This document shows, piece after piece, positions 9,343 through 18,222 of a stretch of 42,713 nucleotides of DNA. The translations under genes were made by a program, and so were the position numbers. The notes beneath the pieces are model-generated. The model searched no databases and was not told the DNA's origin. It was given only the letters and a program-made list of their open reading frames with translations. Origin of the DNA: a virus. Lineage: Duplodnaviria > Caudoviricetes. Within the stretch, counting starts at the first letter, position 1. The number at the start of each line of letters is the position of its first letter. The DNA lies in IMG/VR virus record IMGVR_UViG_3300017700_000502, positions 1-42,713 of that record; one strand, written 5' to 3'.

Positions 9343-10527
9343 GTGGCGATTTTCGGACCTCAGTCGTCGGGCAAGCTGTCGAAAGCCGATGCCGACCGCA
9401 AGCGCGAACTGGCCAAGCAGCTCATGGGTAGCAACTTCCGGGCGGTGAACCCGCTTGGGGCGCTGGCCATGGGGCTCGAGGGCTCGGTGAGCGGCCTTTA
9501 CGATCAGGACGCCAGCGGAGCCGAGAAGGCCGGTAATGCGCAGGTGGCTGAATTGCTCGCCGGCAAGGACTATACCGGCGCCATGGGCAACGAGTGGGCC
9601 AGCCCGCAGCAGGCAGCGCTTGCGGCGACCCTGCAGGGCCGTGATTGGCAGGTAGGCGACCGTAACGCACAGTGGGCACGCGAGGATGCGCGGACGGCTC
9701 AGGCGCGGGCCGAAGCGGCTGCGGCGGCATCCCGGCCGGAGTTCAAGATGTTCGAGGCCGGCGGCGACCAGTACCGCTATAACGCCAACGATCCGAACTC
9801 CCGGCCGGAACTGTTCTTCGATGGCCCGAATGCGCCTGGCTATCGCCCGATGACGGCGGAAGAGAAGGTTGCGGCCGGCCTGCCGCCCGAGATGCCCGCC
9901 CAGATCGGCCCCGATGGCAAGATCGACCCCATCGGCGGCGGTGGCCAGACCATCAACGTAAACACGGACGGCGGCTCTGGCGACTTCTACAAGAAGCTGG
10001 ACACCGATGCCGGCGAGCAGCAGGCGGCCTTGATCGATGCCGGCCGAAACGCCAGCAGCAACAACATGCGGCTTGGTGAGTTGCAGACGCTGCTGCAGAA
10101 CGCGCCGCAGGGTATGCAGGGCGGCATTACGCAGCTGGCGGGCGCCGTTGGTATCCCCGTTCAGGGTCTCGATGAAGTGCAGGCGGCTCAGGCGCTCATC
10201 AACCAGATGGTGCCCGGCCAGCGCCCGCCCGGCTCGGGCACTATGTCGGATGCTGACTTGGCTCTGTTCAAGCAGTCGCTTCCGGCGATTGTCAACCAGC
10301 CCGGCGGCAATCAGAAGATCCTCGAGACCGCCAAGGCCATCAACGACTACACGATTGCGCAGGCCAAGATTGCCGAGCAGGTGGCCAACCGCGAGATCAC
10401 GCCGGCTGAAGGCCGGGCGCTTCAAAGCTCCCTACCCAACCCGCTGGCAAAACCTGCCACCCCCGCGCAAGGCGGCGGCAATTGGACTGACGTAGGCAAC
10501 GGCGTCCGCATTCGCGAGATCAACTGA
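9343..10527 (+). CDS. Internal virion / DNA ejection protein
   Basis: A/G/Q-rich with GSGTMSDAD motif; synteny. Confidence 0.65.
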   Translation: MAIFGPQSSGKLSKADADRKRELAKQLMGSNFRAVNPLGALAMGLEGSVSGLYDQDASGAEKAGNAQVAELLAGKDYTGAMGNEWASPQQAALAATLQGRDWQVGDRNAQWAREDARTAQARAEAAAAASRPEFKMFEAGGDQYRYNANDPNSRPELFFDGPNAPGYRPMTAEEKVAAGLPPEMPAQIGPDGKIDPIGGGGQTINVNTDGGSGDFYKKLDTDAGEQQAALIDAGRNASSNNMRLGELQTLLQNAPQGMQGGITQLAGAVGIPVQGLDEVQAAQALINQMVPGQRPPGSGTMSDADLALFKQSLPAIVNQPGGNQKILETAKAINDYTIAQAKIAEQVANREITPAEGRALQSSLPNPLAKPATPAQGGGNWTDVGNGVRIREIN

Positions 10528-12296
10528 TGGCCAAGTTTCAGATAGAGGCCAACGGCAAGCAGTACGAAATCGAGGCACCCGATCAGGCATCGGCCCTGAA
10601 GGCGCTGCAGGGGTTCACTGGCGCCAACACGCCGATCCCTCCCAGCAATCCCATGGCGGCCGACATGCCGCCAGCTCAGCCGCAGGGCGGTGACTGGGAA
10701 CGCGCCACGCTTCTGCCGATGGAGAAGAACAACGCAACCGGCGAACGCCGACTTGCGTGGCCTCAGATTGCCGTCGATGCCGGCAACGCCATGGCGCTGC
10801 CCGGCGACGTGCTGGCGGGCAAGTACACCGACCCCAACGACCCCAACCGCCTCGACTACAACAACCCCGAACTGATGGGGCGCGGGCTTACGCTGTCCAC
10901 GCTGCCCATGCTTGGCGGCGGCGGGATGGCGAAGGAAGCCGCCAAGGGCGGGATGTCGGACCAGACGCGGAACATCCTGTCTCGTGCGCTGAAGGATTCC
11001 GGCATTGAACCGGGACAGGTTGGCGGCAAGATCGCCGAGATCGGCCCTGATGCCGTGATGGCGGATATCAGCCCGCGGTTGCAGAAGATCGCGCAGGCGC
11101 TCGCCACCATGCCCGGCCCCGGCCAGAAGACCGTGCTGGAGGCGCTAACGGCCCGCGCTGAGGGCAGGAACGCTCGGCTGGCTGGTGACGTGACGGATAC
11201 CCTTGGCCCGGCGCCTGTGCCGTCTCAGGTGCTCGCCGGCAACAAGGCGAACATGGACGCGCTTGGGCCTGAGTACGAGGAACTGTTCAAGTACGCGAAG
11301 GCGGTCGATAGCACCCCAATCGCCGAAGAACTCGACGCTGCCATTATCAACCTACGCGGCGATGCCCAGACTGCCGTCAAGAAGGTGCGCGGCATGCTGA
11401 ACCTCTACGGCGAGGATTTGCTTGACCCTAACCCCCGTACACTGTTCGAGACCCGGAACGCTATCGACGGCATGATGGCCACGGAGACAAACCCCAAGGC
11501 CATCGGCGCTCTGACTGCTGCTCGAAAGCAGATCGATGAGGAACTCGCTCGTTCCGTGCCCGACATCAAGCAGGTCGATGCCAAATACGCCGAACTCGCC
11601 CGCCAGAACGAGGCCTTGGGCGAAGGCAGCAAGATCCTCCGCACCGGCCCTGAAGCGCTCCGCCCGTCCGAAGTCGTAGAGCAGATGGTCAGCGGCGCAA
11701 ACCCGCAGGGTATGTCTGTTGGGCCGTCTGGCGTGCCGTTCCGCCTCAGCCAAGGGGCTCGAGCCGATATCGATCGGCTTATCGGCACCAAGGCCAATGA
11801 CCTCCAGGCGCTCAAGTCGCTGATTGGCGGGGAAGGGGACTGGAACCGCGCAAAGCTGGCCGCGGTGTTCGGGGCCGAAAAGGCCGACAAGCTGCTGTCG
11901 ATCATCACGCGCGAAATGAAGTACCAGGCCACCGAGGCCGACGCGCTCACCGGTTCCCGGACGCAGGTGCTGAAGGCCGCGCAAGACGAGATCAACGGCA
12001 AGGAAAAAGGCGCGGGGATATTCGAGAACCTGTTCAACTTCCGCCCCGGCTCGGCTGCTGCAAGTGCTGCGGACAAGGGGCTTGGCTGGGTCGGTGACGT
12101 TCGCCGCTCTGGCGTGAACAAGCAGATTGCCGAGTTGCTGATGAGCAACGATCCGTCTGTTGGCGGGAAGCTCGGCTATCAGCCTTGGGCGATTACGCAG
12201 GCCGCCCCGAGTGCTGGTGTCAAGGCTGAACTCGGTAGCGAGGACGTGCGGCAGAATACCAAGCAGCTCGCCCGCCTGCTTATGCTCGGTCAGTGA
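10527..12296 (+). CDS. Large internal virion / DNA ejection protein
   Basis: 589 aa helical, last of three ejection-type genes. Confidence 0.65.
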   Translation: MAKFQIEANGKQYEIEAPDQASALKALQGFTGANTPIPPSNPMAADMPPAQPQGGDWERATLLPMEKNNATGERRLAWPQIAVDAGNAMALPGDVLAGKYTDPNDPNRLDYNNPELMGRGLTLSTLPMLGGGGMAKEAAKGGMSDQTRNILSRALKDSGIEPGQVGGKIAEIGPDAVMADISPRLQKIAQALATMPGPGQKTVLEALTARAEGRNARLAGDVTDTLGPAPVPSQVLAGNKANMDALGPEYEELFKYAKAVDSTPIAEELDAAIINLRGDAQTAVKKVRGMLNLYGEDLLDPNPRTLFETRNAIDGMMATETNPKAIGALTAARKQIDEELARSVPDIKQVDAKYAELARQNEALGEGSKILRTGPEALRPSEVVEQMVSGANPQGMSVGPSGVPFRLSQGARADIDRLIGTKANDLQALKSLIGGEGDWNRAKLAAVFGAEKADKLLSIITREMKYQATEADALTGSRTQVLKAAQDEINGKEKGAGIFENLFNFRPGSAAASAADKGLGWVGDVRRSGVNKQIAELLMSNDPSVGGKLGYQPWAITQAAPSAGVKAELGSEDVRQNTKQLARLLMLGQ

Positions 12297-12768
12297 ACGC
12301 CGCATAGAGGAACAGACTAAAGCCGGGGGCGGCCATAAGCGGGAAGCCAAGCCAACCCGGCAGGTAGAGTGCGCGGTAAACGTCTGGGTAAAACTGCAGG
12401 ACGCAAGCCGCCCAAATCCCGCTTGCGATTGTAAGACGACGAAGCCACGCGTCAGTCAGGCCGCCAGATGGCGCAACTGGTTCCTCCGTGGCGCTCTGGC
12501 TGACGCTTCGCATCACCCACGCAAATGCCGCCAACGCAGCGGCTAACGCGACAAAAATGATCGTATTGATGACCGACTGGCTGGCGGCTTGTGGTGGCAT
12601 GATACCCCACTGCGATGCCATGCCGACGATGCTTGCGAGCGCGAGAATCCCGCATAGGGCGGCGCTCCAAAGCCCCACCTGAGAGGCCAGCGGCTTTGCC
12701 CGCGTAGCCGCCCGTTTCCACCCCTTCACCCGCCATTCGCCGGGCCGTAGATCAACTTGCTTGGTCAC
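12280..12768 (-). CDS. Antisense multi-pass membrane protein (moron; possible superinfection exclusion)
   Basis: Fills the gap between ejection and tail-fibre genes; about 4 hydrophobic segments; GTG start with GGAG upstream. Confidence 0.65.
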   Translation of the reverse strand: MTKQVDLRPGEWRVKGWKRAATRAKPLASQVGLWSAALCGILALASIVGMASQWGIMPPQAASQSVINTIIFVALAAALAAFAWVMRSVSQSATEEPVAPSGGLTDAWLRRLTIASGIWAACVLQFYPDVYRALYLPGWLGFPLMAAPGFSLFLYAAFTDRA

Positions 12769-12800
12769 GCGTCCGCATGTCTCCCTGACCAGAGGTCGCG

Positions 12801-14171
12801 ATGCCCCGCTCCGGACCGCCTACTTACTTGTACGTTCTGCCCCCCATATACATTGCGATCCCCGGAACGACAATCACCGCGGCGCAGCATAACGATCCGC
12901 TGGATGATATTGCGGACACGTTCAACAGCTTCCAGCCGGTGGTGTGGGGCGGAACGGGAGCCGGGACTGAGGCGGGCGCTCGCAGCAACCTTGGCCTGAC
13001 CATTGGGGCCGACATTGCCGGGCTTGCCACGGCAAATGTGTTCACCGCCGACCAGACCTTCCGGAAGTCCGATGACGGTGCTGCGGCCGGTCCTCTACTG
13101 ACGCTTGACAGGCTTTCTGCGTCGCCAGCAGCTAGCGACCTGATAGGTGCCGTTCCCTTCGTCGGCCGCGACAGCGGCGGAGCGTCTCAGACATATGGGC
13201 TTGTCGGCGCCGAAATCGTTGACCCCACAGCAGCAAGCGAGGACGGGCGGCTGTTGCTGCAGGCTGTTGTGGCCGGAGCGTTGGCAACTCGAGCCTATGT
13301 CGGCGCTGGGCTTTACACCCTAAACGCGGCGGGCGGGGACAAGGGTATCGATACCGTCAACGCAGCAAACTACTACCTGAACGGCGGGTCGATGATCCCG
13401 AGCGGGTTCCTCTATGGGGCGACCATCGCAAACGGGACCGACGCCACCAACGACATCAACTTCTCCGCTGGGCAAGCCATCGACTCCACGAACGTCTCGA
13501 TGGCCACGCTAACGGCGATGACCAAGCAGCTTGACTCAAACTGGGCTGCAGGCACCAACCAGGGCATGCGCTATTCCGGCGCCGCCATCGCCAATACGAC
13601 CTACCATCTCTATGCGGTGTGGAAGGCCGGCGGTGCAGACCCCGACTTCTACGCGGACCCAAGCGCCACCGCGGCGACTGCGCTTGCGCACCTGCAGGCG
13701 GAAACTGGTGGTTCGGCCTATGCATATGTGCGGCGTGTCGCCTCTATCGTTCGCACTGGTGGCAGCATCAAAGCGTTCATCCAGAACGGCGACATGTTCT
13801 ACTGGTCTGTTCAGGCCAGCGACGTGTCAACGCTGAACCCTGGCACGTCTGCAGTGACCTCCACATTGACCGTCCCCAGTGGCTTGGTCTTAACGGCCGT
13901 TGTCAATGCTGCAGTTCTCGACACTGACACTACGTCCGATGTTCATATGCTGGTTACGGCTCTAGCGATGACGGACACCACACCGAGTGCGACGGCGTTT
14001 ACGGTGATCACGGACGGCAACGGCAGCAACTCCACAAGCTACAACTCTACAGTCCTTGACGTTCAGACAAACACGTCGGCTCAAGTGCGCTACCGGCTCA
14101 GCTTCAGCGATTCTGATGTGACGGCAAAGCTCCAGACTATCGGTTGGATCGATGGGCGCGGTCGGACCTAG
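12801..14171 (+). CDS. Tail fibre / receptor-binding protein
   Basis: PGTTITAAQHNDPLDDIA virion-attachment-type N-terminus, GGTGA..A.ARSNLG motif, T/A/S/G-rich; last structural gene. Confidence 0.8.
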   Translation: MPRSGPPTYLYVLPPIYIAIPGTTITAAQHNDPLDDIADTFNSFQPVVWGGTGAGTEAGARSNLGLTIGADIAGLATANVFTADQTFRKSDDGAAAGPLLTLDRLSASPAASDLIGAVPFVGRDSGGASQTYGLVGAEIVDPTAASEDGRLLLQAVVAGALATRAYVGAGLYTLNAAGGDKGIDTVNAANYYLNGGSMIPSGFLYGATIANGTDATNDINFSAGQAIDSTNVSMATLTAMTKQLDSNWAAGTNQGMRYSGAAIANTTYHLYAVWKAGGADPDFYADPSATAATALAHLQAETGGSAYAYVRRVASIVRTGGSIKAFIQNGDMFYWSVQASDVSTLNPGTSAVTSTLTVPSGLVLTAVVNAAVLDTDTTSDVHMLVTALAMTDTTPSATAFTVITDGNGSNSTSYNSTVLDVQTNTSAQVRYRLSFSDSDVTAKLQTIGWIDGRGRT

Positions 14172-14327
14172 TCAAAGATCGTCGTAAGCTGTGTGGTCCA
14201 GATATTCTAGGTGGACTGGGCCAAACGAGATCGTCAACAGCGAGCCTCCCGGCCGACCGTAGTTCCGGGTCCATTGCCAGCCGAGGCGCCAATACCGCCA
14301 GTCGATGAATAACCCATCGTAGTGCAT
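14172..14327 (-). CDS. Small antisense Trp/Tyr-rich protein (51 aa), not in ORF track
   Basis: MHYDGLFIDWRYWRLGWQWTRNYGRPGGSLLTISFGPVHLEYLDHTAYDDL; GAGGT upstream; stop abuts tail-fibre stop. Confidence 0.5.
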   Translation of the reverse strand: MHYDGLFIDWRYWRLGWQWTRNYGRPGGSLLTISFGPVHLEYLDHTAYDDL

Positions 14328-14379
14328 CGCGGCACGTTACCTCGCCCGCTATCCCCCTTCAATCCCCGGAGCAATCCCA

Positions 14380-15018
14380 ATGAATGCTGAAGAGCATTTC
14401 CGCGCGGTCGCGCCTGTCTACATGCGCCGACTGCTGTCCGATTTCCCATCACTCGACGCGCAAGGCGCCGCCGCCATCTTCGGCAACCTTGGCCATGAAA
14501 GCATCGGGCTCACCAAGCTCCAGGAGATCAAGCCGACCGTCAAAGGCTCGCGCGGCGGCTACGGCTGGGCACAGTGGACCGGCCCGCGGCGCCGTGCCTA
14601 TGAGGATTACTGCAAGCGCAACGGCAAAGACCCCGCCAGCGATGAAGCGAACTACGCCTATCTGTTCGTGGAGCTAAAGGGCATCGAGGGTTCGGAAGCC
14701 GGATCCATCGCGCAGGTCAACTCCGCCACCGGCCTGCAGGGCAAGGTCGAGGCATTCGAGAAAGCCTTCCTTCGCGCGGGCGTCAAGCACTACGACAGCC
14801 GATTGCAGTGGGCACGCATTGCCGTTGATGCCTTCCGCGAGGCAGGCGAGCCCACAGGCCCCATCATCCTCCCGACGACGCCCAACCCGCCGCCCCCCGA
14901 CATTCCGTCACCTGACCCCCGCCAGCCCGAAAAGAAGGGCGGCCTTGGATGGCTGTGGCTCGTCGCCGTTGCCATCGTGGCAATCCTCGCCTTCGTCGCT
15001 TTCGTTCCCATCGTCTGA
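14380..15018 (+). CDS. Endolysin, phage tail lysozyme (Phage_lysozyme2-like) with Pro-rich linker and C-terminal transmembrane helix
   Basis: GAAAIFGNLGHES and GYGWAQWTGPRR motifs; terminal LGWLWLVAVAIVAILAFVAFVPIV. Confidence 0.85.
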   Translation: MNAEEHFRAVAPVYMRRLLSDFPSLDAQGAAAIFGNLGHESIGLTKLQEIKPTVKGSRGGYGWAQWTGPRRRAYEDYCKRNGKDPASDEANYAYLFVELKGIEGSEAGSIAQVNSATGLQGKVEAFEKAFLRAGVKHYDSRLQWARIAVDAFREAGEPTGPIILPTTPNPPPPDIPSPDPRQPEKKGGLGWLWLVAVAIVAILAFVAFVPIV

Positions 15019-15028
15019 GGCTTACCCC

Positions 15029-15400
15029 ATGAACATTCTCACCAGCGTTGCCCTTGGCTGGCTTGGCCGCCGCTTTCAGGAACTCGGCTCGCTGCTCGCG
15101 ATCATCGTTCCGATCTACCTCGGGATGCCTGCGGAGCATCAGCGCGGTATCCTCGCCATCCTGACGGGGCAGGGCGGTGGGCTGTCCATCTCCGCAGCCT
15201 TCGGCCTTGGCTGGTACCTCTGGACGCAATGGCAGTCCTACAGGGCGACCACTCGGCCGCAGGTCGTCACTGACGAGGGCAAGCGGGTCGAGACCGACAA
15301 GCTGGCCCCGGCTGCTCAGCAGACCATCAACGCCACAGTGAAGGCGGCGCCCAAGACCATCCTTGATGCGCTGATCGACAAGCTCAACAAGACTCGCTGA
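15029..15400 (+). CDS. Holin-like membrane protein
   Basis: Two hydrophobic segments plus charged tail, directly after endolysin. Confidence 0.55.
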   Translation: MNILTSVALGWLGRRFQELGSLLAIIVPIYLGMPAEHQRGILAILTGQGGGLSISAAFGLGWYLWTQWQSYRATTRPQVVTDEGKRVETDKLAPAAQQTINATVKAAPKTILDALIDKLNKTR

Positions 15401-15441
15401 CCGGCCTGATCTACGCTCACCCCCTCAACGGAGGGAGAGCG

Positions 15442-15750
15442 ATGAACTTTCATCGAAAGGACGACCACATGCCAATGACGACGGAAGAAGCAGTTGCGAA
15501 AGGCGCGGAGCTTTTCGCCAATGCCGAGGAGAGCCTAACCGCGCTCGTGTCAGCGCTGCCGAAGATCCTGGCCGCGGCTCGGGATGAAGGGTTGCTCGGC
15601 GGTATCGAGTACATTCGCCTCACGGCCGATGCCTGCAGCGATGTAAACGAAGCCCTATTCATCATCGCCGGCCTGCACGAAAAGCTGACGGCGGAAGCTC
15701 AGGAAAAGGGCGTTGACGTTCCCGCCCCGCGTTCCGGCGGCGGTCGCTGA
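15442..15750 (+). CDS. Hypothetical helical protein ending PAPRSGGGR
   Basis: GGAGG RBS; coupled to next gene. Confidence 0.7.
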   Translation: MNFHRKDDHMPMTTEEAVAKGAELFANAEESLTALVSALPKILAAARDEGLLGGIEYIRLTADACSDVNEALFIIAGLHEKLTAEAQEKGVDVPAPRSGGGR

Positions 15751-16268
15751 TGACTACGACCGACCTGTTCCTGCTCACCGGCTTGGCTGTCGCGCTGGCA
15801 GTCAGCGTCGGCAACGTACGCTCATGGGGATGGCTGCTCGCCGTAGCCGTCTCCTATGCCGTCTCCACCGTCTACTGGCGTACGGGCTTGCCCTATGGCG
15901 CTTTCATCGCCGGCTTGTGCGATGCTGTGATTTGTCTCGCGGTCTACTTCTGGGGCAAGTTCAGATGGGAGCAATGGGTCTGGCGGCTGTTCCAACTCTC
16001 CGTGCTGGTCAATTTCGTCTACCTGGGCGGAACCCTTCGCGTTTGGGCAATTTTCCCCCATGAGACGTATTCGGTCATCCTCGAGGCCGTTAACTGGATA
16101 GCCCTGCTGTGGATCGGCGGCCATGGCGCGGTCCAAGCGGTAGGAGCATCCGATGACGCTGCTGCCTCTGGTGTCCCTTGGCGTCGTGTTTATCGTGCTC
16201 TGCTACCTCTATATCGGGAGAGAAAAGACGCTCCGTTCTACAAGGCGGCGCGTAAATGGACGAGCTAG
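15750..16268 (+). CDS. Multi-pass membrane protein
   Basis: About 5 hydrophobic segments; TGATG overlap. Confidence 0.75.
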   Translation: MTTTDLFLLTGLAVALAVSVGNVRSWGWLLAVAVSYAVSTVYWRTGLPYGAFIAGLCDAVICLAVYFWGKFRWEQWVWRLFQLSVLVNFVYLGGTLRVWAIFPHETYSVILEAVNWIALLWIGGHGAVQAVGASDDAAASGVPWRRVYRALLPLYRERKDAPFYKAARKWTS

Positions 16269-16537
16269 GCGCAATCGCGATTAAGGCTATGGGGGCGGCT
16301 GGCGGCGCGTTCCTGGCGCTCGTATTCCAACCCCCGACCACAACCCGAGACTTTGTCATCCGGTCGGTGTTCTCGCTGTTCAGCGGGTTGCTGTTCGGAG
16401 ATCCGATCAGGTCCGAATATTTGCACTGGCCGGAATCCCTTCAGCACATTGTCGGTGCCCATGCTGTCGTCGCGCTCGCGAGTTGGTGGGTGTTCGGAGC
16501 TGCAACCAGGGTGATAGGAGCGTGGAAGCCAAAATGA
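16256..16537 (+). CDS. Holin-like membrane protein (3 TM)
   Basis: 93 aa, three hydrophobic segments, lysis region. Confidence 0.6.
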   Translation: MDELGAIAIKAMGAAGGAFLALVFQPPTTTRDFVIRSVFSLFSGLLFGDPIRSEYLHWPESLQHIVGAHAVVALASWWVFGAATRVIGAWKPK

Positions 16538-16905
16538 TCCGAGACATTATCGCTGGTGCCGTTGGCGCCGCTCTCATCCTGGGGGCGGCGTCTTTCTTTT
16601 TGTGGACCGACAGGGTGCATGCTGCCGAATGCGGCAAGGCATCTTGGTACGGGCAGGCCCATCAGGGCAGGGCTATGGCCAACGGCCGGCCTTTCAACCG
16701 CCACGCGATGACCGCAGCCTCGTGGAACTACCCGCTCGGCACCAAGGTACGGGTAACGGCCGGCACCAAGTCAGTGGTCGTGACCATCACAGACAGAGGC
16801 CCGGCAAAGCGGTTGCATCGTGTGTTGGATCTGTCGCAATCGGCGTTTTCTAAGCTCGCCAGCACTGACAGGGGCGTCATCCGGGTTTGCGTGGCGCGGG
16901 TCTAG
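16534..16905 (+). CDS. rlpA: RlpA-like double-psi beta-barrel lytic transglycosylase with signal peptide
   Basis: GKASWYG..GRAMANG..F..AMTAA...PLGTKVRVT..SVVVTITDRGP..RVLDLS..AF..L..GVIRV. Confidence 0.9.
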   Translation: MIRDIIAGAVGAALILGAASFFLWTDRVHAAECGKASWYGQAHQGRAMANGRPFNRHAMTAASWNYPLGTKVRVTAGTKSVVVTITDRGPAKRLHRVLDLSQSAFSKLASTDRGVIRVCVARV

Positions 16906-16930
16906 AATGGCGAACGACTCGCGAACATGT

Positions 16931-16949
16931 TGTACGGACTGTGTACGGA
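16931..16949 (+). promoter_or_regulatory. Putative integrase arm-type sites (left)
   Basis: TGTACGGA twice at 11-bp period; same core repeated at 17165 and 17176 on the other side of the att core. Confidence 0.6.
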
Positions 16950-17039
16950 TACTGGCGCACAATCGCGGTTTGTTCACGCTCAAGCCTGCAAGAAACTGCA
17001 AGCAAGCGATCTGACAAAAAGCGCGGAAGCCCTAGAAGG

Positions 17040-17100
17040 TGGCGGAGAGGATGGGATTCGAACCCACGATACCCTTTTGAGGTATGCGCCCTTAGCAGGG
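17040..17100 (-). other. attP: attP core = 3' half of tRNA-Ser(GCT)
   Basis: Minus strand reads CCCT-GCT-AAGGG, long variable arm, GGTTCGAATCC, CTCTCCGCCA; no 5' half; adjacent to integrase 3' end. Confidence 0.9.
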
Positions 17101-17115
17101 TTTCTGACGTAGCGG

Positions 17116-18222
17116 TCATTTCTTCTTTCCTGCCAATTGCTTGCTGCTGTCCGACGATTTGGGCTGTACGGGATTTGTACGAGCGGCGTCTAAACCGACC
17201 CGGAACGCATCGCGAACTTTAACCTGCGCATCCTCTGCATGTGAATAGGTTCTGAGCATCACGCTCGGGTCTGACCACAGGTTGTCAGCAGCCGTCACAG
17301 GGTCGATGCCCTGGCGCACGATCATCTCTGTGCCGTACCCATGCCGGCCGGCCGCGTGTGGCTTCAGGTGGGCAATCCCTGCCTTATCGCAGGCTGCTTC
17401 CCAGCGTCGATATAGCGCCCCGTTCTTATAGCTCGGAATGCGGAAAACACGATCCGACCCCGCCTTGCGGTGCGGCTCCGCCAGATTGGCAATCATCACC
17501 ACTTCTTCCGGGTCTAGCTCTACCCAATGGGCAGGGTGGCCCTTGGACGCATGGACGCGCACTCGGCCGGCGCTCAAGTCCATGTCCTTGCTGCGCGTCA
17601 TCGCCACGCTCTGCCCGACCCGGTAGCCGTGACGGAACATGAAGTAGACGAGCGCGGCATCTCTGGGATCTGCAACAGCGCAGAACGCCAGCACCCACGG
17701 CCAACTCCCCGGCACCTTCGGCACGCGGCTCTGCTTCCCCCGCGCCACGTCCTGCTTGACCCGCTCTTTCTTGTCGAAAGCCTTGATGCGGATCGGCGGG
17801 CACTTCCCCAGCTCGTGTGCATTGTTGATGACGGCTCGGACTGGCGTCAGCACCTGGCGCTGCCATGTGTCGGACGACGCCATGGGGTAAAGCTGCTTCG
17901 CCAGCGACCGCACCGAGGCCGGCGTTATATCGCGCACCCGGTGCATCCCGATCTTCTTGACGACCGGCATCAAATACCGGGCATCGCTTTCCGATGGCGT
18001 GTAGAGGTCAAGCGCGGCGTTGAACGTCAGCTCGTCTTCTGGCCTTGGCGCGTCGGGGCCAAGGATACGACGTTTCCGCGCCGAGCTTTCGATGCTCCGG
18101 ACGGCTGCTTCCGCGATATCCTGGTCAGACGTTCCAAGGCTTTTTCGGACGTACTCGTTGCTATCAGCAGGTCGTCCTTTAACCCACCAGATGTTCCCCC
18201 TAAGGTAGATTTCGAGCGCCAT
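17116..18222 (-). CDS. int: Tyrosine integrase
   Basis: HGYR (Arg), SKG (Lys), HAAGRH, LW, RTYSH (Tyr); next to tRNA-derived att core. Confidence 0.92.
   Translation of the reverse strand: MALEIYLRGNIWWVKGRPADSNEYVRKSLGTSDQDIAEAAVRSIESSARKRRILGPDAPRPEDELTFNAALDLYTPSESDARYLMPVVKKIGMHRVRDITPASVRSLAKQLYPMASSDTWQRQVLTPVRAVINNAHELGKCPPIRIKAFDKKERVKQDVARGKQSRVPKVPGSWPWVLAFCAVADPRDAALVYFMFRHGYRVGQSVAMTRSKDMDLSAGRVRVHASKGHPAHWVELDPEEVVMIANLAEPHRKAGSDRVFRIPSYKNGALYRRWEAACDKAGIAHLKPHAAGRHGYGTEMIVRQGIDPVTAADNLWSDPSVMLRTYSHAEDAQVKVRDAFRVGLDAARTNPVQPKSSDSSKQLAGKKK

Noticed and set aside
9313-12350. Long antisense ORFs (370, 332, 247 aa) over the ejection genes
   Set aside because: High-GC shadow frames opposite well-supported genes
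12801-14171. Diversity-generating retroelement or invertible tail-fibre cassette
   Set aside because: No reverse transcriptase, invertase or TR/VR repeat pair visible
17040-17100. Functional tRNA-Ser gene
   Set aside because: Acceptor 5' strand and D arm are absent; only the att-core half is present
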